From Acidobacteriota bacterium (lineage in GTDB: Bacteria; Acidobacteriota; UBA6911; RPQK01; JAJDTT01), in NCBI GenBank assembly GCA_965209055.1, contig OZ242374.1:4224001-4288000 (forward strand): a DNA stretch of 64,000 nucleotides, given 5' to 3'. Numbering within the stretch: position 1 is the stretch's first letter; each line of letters opens with the position of its first letter. The notes under the pieces are model-generated. The model saw only the letters and a program-made list of their open reading frames with translations, had not been told where the DNA came from and made no database searches. A program made the position numbers and the translations under genes. Shown piece after piece: positions 8,444 through 18,487 of the stretch.

Positions 8444-11400
8444 ATGGCAAAGGACGCCACGGACGGTCTCAAGTACCTGCTGACCGCCCAGTTCTTCGGG
8501 GCCTTCAACGACAACGCCTGGAAGTTGATCGTCACCTTCCTGGCCATCAAGGCCGCCACGGCGCACCTGGCGCCCGGAGGTCCCGAATACCAGTCGGCGG
8601 CGCAACTCCAGACCGCCATCGCCTTCTGCGTCCTGACCATTCCCCTCATGGTCTTCTCGCTCCCGGCCGGCCTCCTGGCCGACCGGGCCAGCAAGAGGAC
8701 CGTTATCGTGGCCATGAAGATGGCGGAAGTGCTGCTCATGGGCAGTGCGGCGCTCTGCCTCTACGCGGCGCCCGGATCGACGCTGTTTCCGCTGGTGATC
8801 CTGGGCTTCATGGGCCTGCAGAGCGCTCTCTTCAGCCCCGCCAAGTACGGGATCCTTCCCGAGATGCTGTCCCACGACCGGCTGACCGCCGGGAACGCGC
8901 ACCTTGAGACCTGGACCTTTCTGGCCATCATCCTGGGGACGGCATCAGGCGGCCTGCTGCTTGACCTTTCGGGAGAGGCAGCCTGGTTGGCCGCGGCGGT
9001 CCTGGTTCCCGCGGCGATAGCAGGGCTTCTCATCTCCTTGCGTCTTCCCCCGGTGCCGGCGGCCCGTTCCGAAGGTGACTTGGGCGAGACCGTCCGCACC
9101 GCCTGGCGGGCCATCCGTCGGGAACGGGTTCTGGGTCTGGCCGTGGCCGGGTCCGTCGTCTACTGGACCATCGCGAGTCTTCTGGGCCAGGACATTCTAG
9201 TCTACGTCAAGTCGGTCCTGGGCCTCTCGGACACCCATGCGGGGATCCCTCTTGCCCTGTTCGGTCTGGGTGTGGGAGGCGGAAGCCTGATCACCGCCCG
9301 GCTCTCCCGAGGCAAGGTCGAGTACGGCGTGATCCCGCTGGGCGCCATCCTGATGGCAGGGAACTGCGTACTGTTGGCCCTGGTCGTGCCCGGATTCTAT
9401 GGGCTCCTGGCCTTTTCGACAGGGCTGGGTGTGGCCAGCGGAATGATCATCGTGCCACTCAACTCCCTGCTCCAATGGCGGGCTCCGGATCAACACCGGG
9501 GAGCCGTCATCGCGCTGGCCAACGTCTGGATCTTCGGAGGAATAACGGTGGGATCGCTGGGAGCGGCAGGCCTTGCCGCTCTGGGACTCTCGCCGGTATC
9601 CATCCTGCTGGTGGCGGCATTGGCGCTCTCGGCGGGTATGTTCTGGTCCGTCTCACTGCTTCCCGATGTCCTGCTTCGCCTGCTCCTGGTCCTGGCGACG
9701 CACTCCCTCTACCGGCTCCGGGTCGTGGGCCGGGACCAGGTTCCGGAGAAGGGAGGAGCGTTGCTGGTCCCCAACCACGTCTCCTTCGTCGATTTCGTCC
9801 TGCTCCTCGCCGTAATCGACCGTCCGATCCGATTTATCGTTCATCGAAAATACTATGAACGTTTCTACTTCAAGCCATTTATGAAGTCATTGGGGTGTAT
9901 TCCCATCTCCTCGTCCGGGGGGCCGCGGGAGATTCTGAGAGCACTGAGGGATGCCGGGAAACGCTTGGACCAGGGTGAGCTGGTCTGCATCTTCCCCGAG
10001 GGGCAGATCTCCCGTACCGGCACTCTTCTCCCCTTCAACCGGGGCCTGGAGCGGATTGTCCGGAACCGGCAGGCGCCCATCATTCCCGTCTACCTGGACC
10101 GGATCTGGGGCAGCATCTTCAGCTACGAGCGGAACCGGTTCGTCCTCAAGATTCCGCGGGAGATCCCCTACCACGTCACTCTGGCCTTCGGCGCCCCTCT
10201 GCCTTCCGGGACGGACGCGGGAACGATTCGCCAAGCCGTCCAGGAGCTCTCCTGCGCCGCGTGGAACCGCCGTCAGGAGGGCGCCCGGCCTTTGCACCGG
10301 GCCTTCGTGCACCGGGCCAGGACGCGTCCACTGACTCTCGCCTACGCCGACGAGAGCCGGCCCCGCCTGAACCGCATCAAGTCCCTGTCCGGCGCCGTGG
10401 CCCGGGCCCGGGCTCTCAAATCGGAATGGGCGGGACAGGAGAGAGTCGGGATCCTCCTGCCGTCCAGCGTCGACGCCGCCTTGATGAATCTGGCCTCCGC
10501 CCTGGCCTGCCGGGTGACCGTGAACCTGAACTACACCGCGGGCGCCCAAGGGATGGAGTCGGCCGTGGATCAAGCGGGGCTCGAGACCGTCGTGACCAGC
10601 CGCGACTTCTTGCAAGAGGCGAACCTGACCCCGCCCGGAAACGTCCGCCTCATCGACCTGGAGGATTTGACCGAACGCATCGGCGCCGGACTTCGGGCCA
10701 CCAGCCTGCTGGCCGCCCTGTTTCTTCCTTCCCGCTGGCTGGAGAAGCTGTGCGGCGCCACCCGTGTCCCCGGCGCCCACGACCTCATGACCATCATCTA
10801 CAGCAGCGGCGGCGCGGGAAACCCCAAGGGCGTGATGCTCACCCAGTTCAACCTGGATTCAAACATCACGGCGTTGGAACAGGTCCTCCGGACGAAACCG
10901 GCGGACCGGGTTCTGGGCATCCTTCCCCTCTTCCAGTCCTTCGGCGCCATGGCCTTCTGGTTCGCGGCCAAAAACGGCCTGGCTCTGCCCCTGCACCCCG
11001 ACCCGCTGGACGGTCCGGCCGTGGGCCGGCTGGTGGAGCGCTACCGGGTGAGCATCATGCTGGCCACTCCGGCCTCACTGCGGATCTACATGCGTTTGTG
11101 TTCCCCCGGGCAGCTCGGTTCGCTGCGGTTGTTGTTGACCGGCGCCGAAAAGCTGCCGGAAAAGTTGGCGGCGGCCTTCCAGTCACAGTTCGGGCTGCGG
11201 CCGCTGGAGGGTTACGGGACCGCCGAATGCGCCCCCGTCGTCTCCGTAAGCGTCCCCGACTACCGGGCGCCCGGCTTCTTCCAGCTCGGCTCCCGGCCGG
11301 GTCACGTGGGCCAACCGCTGCCCGGCGTGGCGGTGCGGGTCGTGGACCCGCAGAGCTTCGAACGCCTGCCGCCGGGGACCCCCGGGATGTTGCTGGTCAA

Positions 11401-11569
11401 GGGTCCCAACCTGATGCGGGGTTATCTGGGACGGGACGACCTGACGCGTAAGGCGATCCGGAACGGGTGGTACGTGACCGGCGACATCGGCCTGGTGCGC
11501 GAGGACGGGTTCGTGAAGATTACCGAACGCCGCGCCTACCGGGAGCAGGAGCAGGCTGCTATCCGATGA
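8444..11569 (+). CDS. LplT-type MFS / PlsC acyltransferase / acyl-ACP synthetase fusion (Aas-like), C-terminally shortened
   Basis: QFFGAFNDN and FSPAKYGILPE (MFS); NHVSFVD and FPEG (PlsC); YSSGGAGNPKGV, EGYGTAE, WYVTGD (adenylation). Confidence 0.9.
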   Translation: MAKDATDGLKYLLTAQFFGAFNDNAWKLIVTFLAIKAATAHLAPGGPEYQSAAQLQTAIAFCVLTIPLMVFSLPAGLLADRASKRTVIVAMKMAEVLLMGSAALCLYAAPGSTLFPLVILGFMGLQSALFSPAKYGILPEMLSHDRLTAGNAHLETWTFLAIILGTASGGLLLDLSGEAAWLAAAVLVPAAIAGLLISLRLPPVPAARSEGDLGETVRTAWRAIRRERVLGLAVAGSVVYWTIASLLGQDILVYVKSVLGLSDTHAGIPLALFGLGVGGGSLITARLSRGKVEYGVIPLGAILMAGNCVLLALVVPGFYGLLAFSTGLGVASGMIIVPLNSLLQWRAPDQHRGAVIALANVWIFGGITVGSLGAAGLAALGLSPVSILLVAALALSAGMFWSVSLLPDVLLRLLLVLATHSLYRLRVVGRDQVPEKGGALLVPNHVSFVDFVLLLAVIDRPIRFIVHRKYYERFYFKPFMKSLGCIPISSSGGPREILRALRDAGKRLDQGELVCIFPEGQISRTGTLLPFNRGLERIVRNRQAPIIPVYLDRIWGSIFSYERNRFVLKIPREIPYHVTLAFGAPLPSGTDAGTIRQAVQELSCAAWNRRQEGARPLHRAFVHRARTRPLTLAYADESRPRLNRIKSLSGAVARARALKSEWAGQERVGILLPSSVDAALMNLASALACRVTVNLNYTAGAQGMESAVDQAGLETVVTSRDFLQEANLTPPGNVRLIDLEDLTERIGAGLRATSLLAALFLPSRWLEKLCGATRVPGAHDLMTIIYSSGGAGNPKGVMLTQFNLDSNITALEQVLRTKPADRVLGILPLFQSFGAMAFWFAAKNGLALPLHPDPLDGPAVGRLVERYRVSIMLATPASLRIYMRLCSPGQLGSLRLLLTGAEKLPEKLAAAFQSQFGLRPLEGYGTAECAPVVSVSVPDYRAPGFFQLGSRPGHVGQPLPGVAVRVVDPQSFERLPPGTPGMLLVKGPNLMRGYLGRDDLTRKAIRNGWYVTGDIGLVREDGFVKITERRAYREQEQAAIR

Positions 11570-12872
11570 AGACGTACTTGGCGATGAAGATCACCGCCAG
11601 GACGTCGACCAGCCAATGCACCTCGTCGCCTCGTCCGCTCAACCGCTTGACGATGGGATAGGAGATGAACCCCAGAGCCAATCCGTCCGCGATGCTGAAG
11701 GTCAGCGGGATGGCGATCAGCGTGAGGAAGGCCGGCACCGACTCGGAGACGTCATTCCACCGGATCCTCGCGGCGGCGCCCATCATCAGTACGCCCGTCA
11801 CCACCAGCGCCGGGGCGGCGGCGAATGTGGGCACCGCCTGAACCAACGGCGTCAGGAACAACGCGGCGGCGAACAGACCACTGACCACGACGCTGGAAAA
11901 ACCGGTCCGGGCGCCGGAAGAGATGCCGGCGGCGCTCTCGATGTAGGTGGTCACCGTCGACGTCCCGATGACGCTGCCGCATACGGTTCCCACCGAATCG
12001 GAAAGCAGCGCGCGGTTGGCTCGCGGAAGCCGCCCCCGCTCGTCCAGGAAACCGGATCGTTCCGACAAGCCCAAAAGCGTCCCCATGGTGTCGAAGATGT
12101 CCACGAAAAGCAGGGCGAGGATCAGTTCGATGAAGGCGACATTCAGGGTTTGGGGCAGGTGACGGACGGCTTCGCCGAAGAGATGCACAGGCCAGACCGG
12201 CATGCTGACCAAGCCCGTCGGCCATGGCGTCGCCCCGCAGATCATGGCCACCAGGGTTACACCCATCATGCCGAGCAGAATCGCACCCCGAACTCTGCGG
12301 GCCATCATCACGCCGATCGCCAGCAGGCCCAACAGGGCCAAGCCGACGGACCAGGAGCGGACGTCGCCCAGGCTCACCAGGGTGGCTTGATTGTCGACGA
12401 TGAGTCCCGCGTTCTTCAGTCCGATGAACGCGATGAACAGACCGATCCCGGCCGCCACGGCTCTTTTCAGGGTGTCCGGAACGGCGTTGATGATCGCCTC
12501 CCGGACCCGCAAGACGGTCAGCAGCAGAAACAGCAGCCCCGAAGCCAGGACCACGCCCAGGGCCAGCTTCCAGTCCACCCCCATGCCCAGGACGATGGTG
12601 TAGGCGAAAAATGCGTTGAGGCCCATTCCGGGAGCCAGGGCGAAGGGGTAGTTGGCCAGGAGGCCCATCAGGAGCGTGGCCAGGGCGGCGGCCGCGCAGG
12701 TCGCGAACAAGAGCTCCCCGAGCATGTCCTTGCCCAGGGCATCGGACAGGATGGCGGGATTCACGACCACGATGTAGGCCATGGTCATGAACGTGGTCGC
12801 GCCGCCGGTCACTTCGATCCGCCAGTTCGTGTTCTCCTGCTCGAACTTGAAGAATTCAGCGATTTGTTTCAT
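11559..12872 (-). CDS. NCS2/AzgA-family purine permease
   Basis: TTFMTMAYIVVVNP, LAPGMGLNAFF, DIFDTMGT, TTYIESAAG..GARTG. Confidence 0.92.
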   Translation of the reverse strand: MKQIAEFFKFEQENTNWRIEVTGGATTFMTMAYIVVVNPAILSDALGKDMLGELLFATCAAAALATLLMGLLANYPFALAPGMGLNAFFAYTIVLGMGVDWKLALGVVLASGLLFLLLTVLRVREAIINAVPDTLKRAVAAGIGLFIAFIGLKNAGLIVDNQATLVSLGDVRSWSVGLALLGLLAIGVMMARRVRGAILLGMMGVTLVAMICGATPWPTGLVSMPVWPVHLFGEAVRHLPQTLNVAFIELILALLFVDIFDTMGTLLGLSERSGFLDERGRLPRANRALLSDSVGTVCGSVIGTSTVTTYIESAAGISSGARTGFSSVVVSGLFAAALFLTPLVQAVPTFAAAPALVVTGVLMMGAAARIRWNDVSESVPAFLTLIAIPLTFSIADGLALGFISYPIVKRLSGRGDEVHWLVDVLAVIFIAKYVFIG

Positions 12873-12926
12873 TGGAGTCTTATATCAAGGAATAGTAGAT
12901 ATATAACTATGGAATAAGGTGATTTA

Positions 12927-13004
12927 CCAGGGGAGACTGTCTTGTCGACCGCTTCGTCGCCGATTGGAATCCGGAGTACGGGGGGACTAACAGTCCCCCT
13001 CCTA
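12927..13004. repeat. Convergent pair of REP-like palindromes
   Basis: ccaggggagactgtcttgtcgaccgc (degenerate) and ggggggactaacagtccccctcc. Confidence 0.65.
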
Positions 13005-13009
13005 TTGGC

Positions 13010-15838
13010 TCATTGGTAGCTGATGGAGACCGAGTCCAGGACCGGGGAATTGGCGGCGCCGGGACTGAGGAGGCTGGCCTTGTATTGGATCCAACGGGTG
13101 CCCTCTCCGGAGTTCGGAAGCCGGGCGCCGGACTGCTTGTAGTAGCTCTCCGGGCCGGCCGGTCCCATCCAGGAGGCTGACTCCAGGCCCTCCCGGGTGG
13201 CGGCCCAACGCACCTGGAATTCCAGGCCGGTCCGGAACGGCGTCTCCCCGTCCCAGGTGATGGTTCCCAGACCCTCCACGGAACCGGCGTCGAATGGCGG
13301 AGAAATATAGTCGTAGCGATGGCCCCGATCATAGGCATGGCCCGGATCGGAGGCAAGATGGTGGGGTCCGAGGACCGGCAGGGAGGTTCGACGCTCGGTG
13401 GAGAACCCCTCCGGCCCTCCCCAGTAGAGGAAGGCGTCGTTTCTATGGTTGCCCTGCTTGGAGTGGCAGGCGAAAAGGATGTCCACGTGGCCGTCCAGGT
13501 CGAAGTCGTTGGCGAGGACCCCCGAAGCGGAGTTGCTGGGAATCTCCATTTTGCGCGAAGGATCGAACCCGGAGGGACCGTTCCAGTAGATCCTGGAGGG
13601 GTGGCTGCGAGTATATCCGGCATGGTAGCTGCTCAGGACCAGGTCCAGGAATCCGTTCCCGTTCAGGTCGGCCACCGCGGCCGAGGAGTTGCCCACCGAA
13701 GGCAGGATGGTCCGGTTCGTTTCGGAATAGCCATCGGAACCGCCCCAGTAGATGAAGGTGTCCCCCTCCGCAGAGCCGCCGAAGGACCGGGGTTTGCCCG
13801 GCGCCGGATCCCGGTCGTAGAGGTTGCTGGCGATCACGTCCAGAAAGCCGTTCCCATCCAGATCGGCCACTTCCACGCCGACCGAAACCCGGGAGGGCAA
13901 TTCGGTCTTGCGCTCATTGTCGAATCCCAGCGGACTGTTCCAGTAGACCACCACCTTGTTCTGGGTCCCGCTGAAGATCACATCGATCCAACCGTCACGA
14001 TTCAGGTCGCCGATGGTGTGCTCCCGGATGCTGCCGATCCGGAAGATGAAGCGGTTACCGTTCGAGAATCCATCCGGGCCGCCCCAGTAGAGGCTGGTGG
14101 CCTCGGTACCTGGGCGCCACTGGGTGAAGACGGCGTCCAGGTACCCGTCCCGGTCGAAGTCGGCGAGCCGTGAAGAAAAGCTGTTGCCGGTCGCCAGAAC
14201 GGCCCGATTGGACCCGGAGTACCCGGAAGCCGATCCCCAGTAGATGGTCGGACCCGGATTCTCCCCGTAGACGCCAGGAAACAGGAGATCCACATGGCCG
14301 TCCCGGTTGATGTCTGCGCTGGAACAGTATCCGTTGCCTGTGGGCAGCAATTGTCGGCGAGACGGCTCGAATCGCCCCTTGGGTCCGCCCCAGTAGATGT
14401 AAGCCGGGATGCCGTGGGTGGTGTCGGCGGCATGGACGAAGACCAGGTCCTTGCTGCCGTCTCCGTCCAGGTCTCCCGCCTGGACCCCGGTGGCCTCGAA
14501 CGTGGGCAGCTCGGTTCGCCACTCGGGCGAGTAGCCCTCCGGGCTGCCCCAATAGACGTACGCGGGGGGTTTTCCGTGAGGCTGCCCGCCTTGCTGCGAG
14601 AAGACCAGTTCGAGGTAACCGTCCTCGTCCAGGTCCTCCACCAAGCAGCGAGTCGGCGCCAGCGTGGGAATCGATGTCCGCCGATGGGAGCGATAGCCAT
14701 CAGGAGCTCCCCAATAGATGAAGGAGACCAGACCCGACTTGTTGGCGAAGACCAGGTCGGCGTGGCCGTCCCGGTTCAGGTCTCCCACGGCGACGTCGGA
14801 CGCTCCCACGGTGGGCAGCAACGTCCTGGAATCGACCGAATAGCCGTCGGTCGAGCCCCAATAGATGAACGAGGGCACGCTCACCGTGTCTACGATGTTG
14901 TACATGCCCATCTCCCGGGTCTTGAGCCGGTAGGAGTTGGCCAGGACGATCTCCGGAAAGCCGTCCCCGTTGAGATCGGCGGCCTCGACCGCCGAGGAGC
15001 GGTCGCCGGGCAGATGGACCGCCGCGCGGCTGGTGTAGTCTCCGTCTGCCGTACCCCAGTAGAGGAGGGCCCCTCCCTCCGCGTCCGTGTTCCCTTCGTT
15101 GGCGAAGACCAGGTCCAGGTGTCCGTCCCGGTCCAGGTCGGCCACCTTCACGTCCCGCCCGTTCACGGTCCGCAGGACCTGCCGCCGTTCGGCGGAATAA
15201 CCGTCCGGCGATCCCCAGTAGACGAAGGACTCATTGTGCGGGTCGACCGTCACGTGGTAGTCCAATCCGCTGTTGGCGAAGACGATGTCCTCGTGCCCGT
15301 CCCGATTCAGATCCTCCACGGCCACCGCGCGAGCGCCCCGCGTGGGAAGGCCGCTGCGGTCGGAGGCCTTGGGACCTCCCTTGGCGCCGCGGTAGATGAA
15401 CGACTCCAGGTCGGTGCGGGTCCCGTTGAAGTTGTTGGCGACGATCAGCTCGGCTTGGCCGTCCCCGTCCAGGTCGGCCACGGCGCCGTCATGGCCTCCG
15501 TTGGTGGGCAGGCGGCTGCGGCGCTGGGTCGAGTATCCCTCGCCTCCCCCCCAGTAGATGAACAGGTCCGCCCGCTCGTGAGGATCGTGGTCATTGGGGA
15601 AGATGATGTCGACGCGTCCGTCCTGATTCAGGTCCAGCAGCTTGATGAGGACCACCTCTCCTTGAGCGGTGACGTAGGTATTGACTCCCCCGTCGCTGAA
15701 GCTCCCATCCGCAAAGTCGAGGAAGGAGGATGTCGTCCAGACCTTTTCTTCGGCGGCGAGAGGCGCGACGCTCCAGGTCAACGTCAGTATGGCCAACATC
15801 CGAATCGAAGCCGATTGGATCGAGTTCCCAAGGCTCAT
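13010..15838 (-). CDS. Secreted FG-GAP/VCBS repeat protein (multi beta-propeller, Ca-binding loops)
   Basis: Signal peptide; more than a dozen D(L/F)(D/N)xDGxxD loops, each followed by an (I/V/L)YWG blade motif. Confidence 0.88.
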   Translation of the reverse strand: MSLGNSIQSASIRMLAILTLTWSVAPLAAEEKVWTTSSFLDFADGSFSDGGVNTYVTAQGEVVLIKLLDLNQDGRVDIIFPNDHDPHERADLFIYWGGGEGYSTQRRSRLPTNGGHDGAVADLDGDGQAELIVANNFNGTRTDLESFIYRGAKGGPKASDRSGLPTRGARAVAVEDLNRDGHEDIVFANSGLDYHVTVDPHNESFVYWGSPDGYSAERRQVLRTVNGRDVKVADLDRDGHLDLVFANEGNTDAEGGALLYWGTADGDYTSRAAVHLPGDRSSAVEAADLNGDGFPEIVLANSYRLKTREMGMYNIVDTVSVPSFIYWGSTDGYSVDSRTLLPTVGASDVAVGDLNRDGHADLVFANKSGLVSFIYWGAPDGYRSHRRTSIPTLAPTRCLVEDLDEDGYLELVFSQQGGQPHGKPPAYVYWGSPEGYSPEWRTELPTFEATGVQAGDLDGDGSKDLVFVHAADTTHGIPAYIYWGGPKGRFEPSRRQLLPTGNGYCSSADINRDGHVDLLFPGVYGENPGPTIYWGSASGYSGSNRAVLATGNSFSSRLADFDRDGYLDAVFTQWRPGTEATSLYWGGPDGFSNGNRFIFRIGSIREHTIGDLNRDGWIDVIFSGTQNKVVVYWNSPLGFDNERKTELPSRVSVGVEVADLDGNGFLDVIASNLYDRDPAPGKPRSFGGSAEGDTFIYWGGSDGYSETNRTILPSVGNSSAAVADLNGNGFLDLVLSSYHAGYTRSHPSRIYWNGPSGFDPSRKMEIPSNSASGVLANDFDLDGHVDILFACHSKQGNHRNDAFLYWGGPEGFSTERRTSLPVLGPHHLASDPGHAYDRGHRYDYISPPFDAGSVEGLGTITWDGETPFRTGLEFQVRWAATREGLESASWMGPAGPESYYKQSGARLPNSGEGTRWIQYKASLLSPGAANSPVLDSVSISYQ

Positions 15839-15931
15839 GGTGGTTTTTCCTTTCTGTCCGGAACTGAATGCCTGTAGCGGATAGTCTACACCGGAGAGGA
15901 AAGAGAAAAGAGGGGCCAACCTGGTGCGTGG

Positions 15932-16261
15932 TCACTTGGGGGGCAGGGACTCAGCGTAGATGGCGGCTCTGTCGACCCAAGTTTTCAAATCGGTGGCGGA
16001 TTCGATGCCGGCCGGCTCCACCACGGCCCATCCCTTCATCACCCGGCCTGTCATGTCCGCCGGCCTGGTGTGCGGTTCCGCCAGAGTCCTGTCGTGATCC
16101 TTCCTGTCCAGCCGTACGATGAGCGAACCCTTCCAGGCGCCGGCGCACATGTTCCCGTTGATCATGAAGCAAATACCGCCGAACATTTTTCTTTCGGAGT
16201 ATCCATTCCGGCTGGAGAGACACTGCCGGACGCGTACCGCCAGCGTACCGCCGGTGTCCAT
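15932..16261 (-). CDS. TfoX/Sxy N-terminal domain protein
   Basis: ERKMFGGICFMINGNMCAG, MTGRVMKGW, L..WV..A...SLPPK. Confidence 0.88.
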   Translation of the reverse strand: MDTGGTLAVRVRQCLSSRNGYSERKMFGGICFMINGNMCAGAWKGSLIVRLDRKDHDRTLAEPHTRPADMTGRVMKGWAVVEPAGIESATDLKTWVDRAAIYAESLPPK

Positions 16262-16293
16262 TTGTGCACACATTGGTTCTTTTCCACCCGATT

Positions 16294-16414
16294 GGAGGGG
16301 GGACCGTTAGTCCCCCCTTCTTCTTTCGCCTGTTTCCTTGGTGCCCCGCGGTGTCACTGGAGTTCGCCGATCGGAAATCGCCGCTTCTATTCGCCGACCG
16401 TAAATCCCCGCTCC
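16294..16414. repeat. REP-like cluster: one GGAG-headed copy plus two reverse copies
   Basis: ggaggggggaccgttagtcccccc; gccgatcggaaatcgccgcttc; gccgaccgtaaatccccgctcc. Confidence 0.65.
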
Positions 16415-17023
16415 CCGGGACTTTGGAACCGGGAATCCTCCCCAAACGCGCAAGACCTGACCAGACATCGTTCCCTCGATGGCCTGGACATAAGCCTCCG
16501 CGCACTGCTCCGCCGTCACCGCCCCGCGTCGTTCATGTCCAGGCTCAACCACGGGGCCCGGGCTCACGACGTTGATTCGAATGCAGCGAGGCCAAAACCG
16601 GGCCGTGTGTTCCACATAGGTTTCAAGCGTTGCATTGAACGGTCCCGTGGCGATGCCCTTCCGGTTCGAGTAGTGGCTCAGGAATCCGCTGGTCAACGTA
16701 AACGAGCCGCCGTCTCGAATCGTCGGTTGCCCCAACGTCATTAACCGGATCTGGGACAGGAACTTCCGTTCGAAGCCGTAGCGAAAGTCATCATCGGACA
16801 ATTCCTCATACGGGAGGAATCGACTGTCGCCGCCCACGGCTGACACGAGCGCATCGTAGCTTCCCACTGTCGCGAACATGCTGCGCACCGACTCCGGATC
16901 GGTGTAGTCACACTGCACGTCGCCATCGACCAGCCCGACTCGAACCACTTGATGATTGGCGGATACGGCCCTGTCGACGCCACGACCGATCTTGCCGGAT
17001 GCTCCGACGAGGATCACTTTCAT
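16307..17023 (-). CDS. Short-chain dehydrogenase (atypical SDR)
   Basis: VILVGASGKIG, GGSFTLTSG, RINVVSPG; C-terminal tail runs through REP repeats. Confidence 0.85.
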   Translation of the reverse strand: MKVILVGASGKIGRGVDRAVSANHQVVRVGLVDGDVQCDYTDPESVRSMFATVGSYDALVSAVGGDSRFLPYEELSDDDFRYGFERKFLSQIRLMTLGQPTIRDGGSFTLTSGFLSHYSNRKGIATGPFNATLETYVEHTARFWPRCIRINVVSPGPVVEPGHERRGAVTAEQCAEAYVQAIEGTMSGQVLRVWGGFPVPKSRGAGIYGRRIEAAISDRRTPVTPRGTKETGERRRGD

Positions 17024-17037
17024 CTGAACTTTCCCAA

Positions 17038-17757
17038 TTAGACGGATCGGGTGATGCCTCCATCGATCCGAATGTTCTGTCCCGTGATGTAGGCGCCGCC
17101 GTCGGAGGCCAGAAAGAAGATGACGTCGGCAATCTCTTCCGTCGTTCCGTAGCGTCGCAGCGGGATGCGGTCGCGATACTCCGGATTCTCGGGGAAATTG
17201 TTGATGAACCCGGGAAGAACATTGTTCATACGAATGTTGTCCGCGGCGTACTTGTCTGAAAACAGTTTTGCAAACGCCGCCAATCCGGCCCGGAACACCC
17301 CGGAGGTCGGAAAGGCAGGTTCGGGCTCGAATGCGGCGAAGGTGGAGATGTTGAGGATCACACCACGCTTCTGACGCTGCATGATGGGAGTCACCAGGCG
17401 TGTCGGACGAACGGCACTGAGGAAATAGACCTCCATCCCCAAGTGCCAGTCGTCATCAGAGAGCGCGAGGATCGGCGATCTCGGACCGTGTCCCGCGCTG
17501 TTCACCAATACATCGATCCGGCCCCACTTTTCCATGGTGAGATCCACGAGGCGCTTCAGGTCGTTGTTGGATCGATTAGAGCCCGTCACACCGACGCCAC
17601 CGAGTTCCGTAGCCAGGGCTTCCCCTTTGCCCGAGGAAGACAGGATGGAGACGCCGAATCCGTCAGCGGCAAACTTCCTCGCCGCAGCGGCTCCCATGCC
17701 GGTTCCGCCAGCGGTGACGACCGCCACTTTCCTTTTGTTGTCAATTTCTGCATTCAT
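17038..17757 (-). CDS. SDR-family oxidoreductase (3-oxoacyl-ACP reductase-like)
   Basis: VAVVTAGGTGMG, GRIDVLVNSAG, NNVLPG, YITGQNIRIDGG. Confidence 0.88.
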   Translation of the reverse strand: MNAEIDNKRKVAVVTAGGTGMGAAAARKFAADGFGVSILSSSGKGEALATELGGVGVTGSNRSNNDLKRLVDLTMEKWGRIDVLVNSAGHGPRSPILALSDDDWHLGMEVYFLSAVRPTRLVTPIMQRQKRGVILNISTFAAFEPEPAFPTSGVFRAGLAAFAKLFSDKYAADNIRMNNVLPGFINNFPENPEYRDRIPLRRYGTTEEIADVIFFLASDGGAYITGQNIRIDGGITRSV

Positions 17758-17790
17758 GAGTTCTCTTTTACCCGAATGGAGGGGGGCCCA

Positions 17791-17852
17791 GGAGGGGCGA
17801 CATGTAGTCCCCCACACCCCGAAGTAACGGCGGCAGGAGAGCCTTCACTCCC
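17791..17852. repeat. Degenerate convergent REP-like pair
   Basis: ggaggggcgacatgtagtccccc and ggcggcaggagagccttcactccc. Confidence 0.5.
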
Positions 17853-17937
17853 GACTCCGCGTATCGTGAACCGGATTTCGCCTGGACATCCTGGCAGGCC
17901 GTACCCGCGAACGGGATCTTGCGGGCGTGGCGGGTGC

Positions 17938-18456
17938 CTAGCCTCCTTTGGCCAGGCGGTGCGTCCCGAAATTGAAAAAGTGGGCTGTTTGCCGTTGCCA
18001 CCAGGTCACGGCTACCTGCTCCTTCTCGTCGGCGTAACCCATTGCCCGCAGAAGGTCATTGTGGCAGAGCACGTCGAGCACTTGCATGACGGGAGGTTCC
18101 AAGGCCTCCAGATCCAGACGTTCCTGGGTGACGGCCATGACCGTCTCCTCGGAGTCATCGGCGCGGAGCCGCTTTTCGAGCAGTGTGAAGTCCCTGACGA
18201 ACTGGGCATGTTGGGTCGCCTTGACGGCAAAGGCGAAGACGAGCTTGAGGCTGGAAATGAGCGCAACCCCTAGTCCCAATCCCAGAATCCACGACGGACG
18301 GTCCTGGACCGCCAGAGCGACCGTTCCGGAACCGAACAGCAGCAGCAGGAAATTGGTCCATCGATTCACGCCCTCGAAGAACGCTTGGCGTCTGGAATGG
18401 TAGCGGATCGAGCGGCGGACACCGAAAAGGAGAACATCGTATTCGCAGGTCTTCAT
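17938..18456 (-). CDS. 2-TM SLATT-like membrane protein (copy A)
   Basis: RRSIRYH..R..FF, two hydrophobic helices, KATQH, LEALEPP, CHN; start chosen by homology to paralogue (alternative 18474). Confidence 0.75.
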   Translation of the reverse strand: MKTCEYDVLLFGVRRSIRYHSRRQAFFEGVNRWTNFLLLLFGSGTVALAVQDRPSWILGLGLGVALISSLKLVFAFAVKATQHAQFVRDFTLLEKRLRADDSEETVMAVTQERLDLEALEPPVMQVLDVLCHNDLLRAMGYADEKEQVAVTWWQRQTAHFFNFGTHRLAKGG

Positions 18457-18487
18457 GTCTTCACGGCTCCTCATGCCGGCCTCGGGA

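Noticed and set aside
12873-12960. Possible purine riboswitch upstream of the NCS2 permease
   Set aside because: AT-rich but lacks the purine aptamer core; explained by a promoter plus a REP copy
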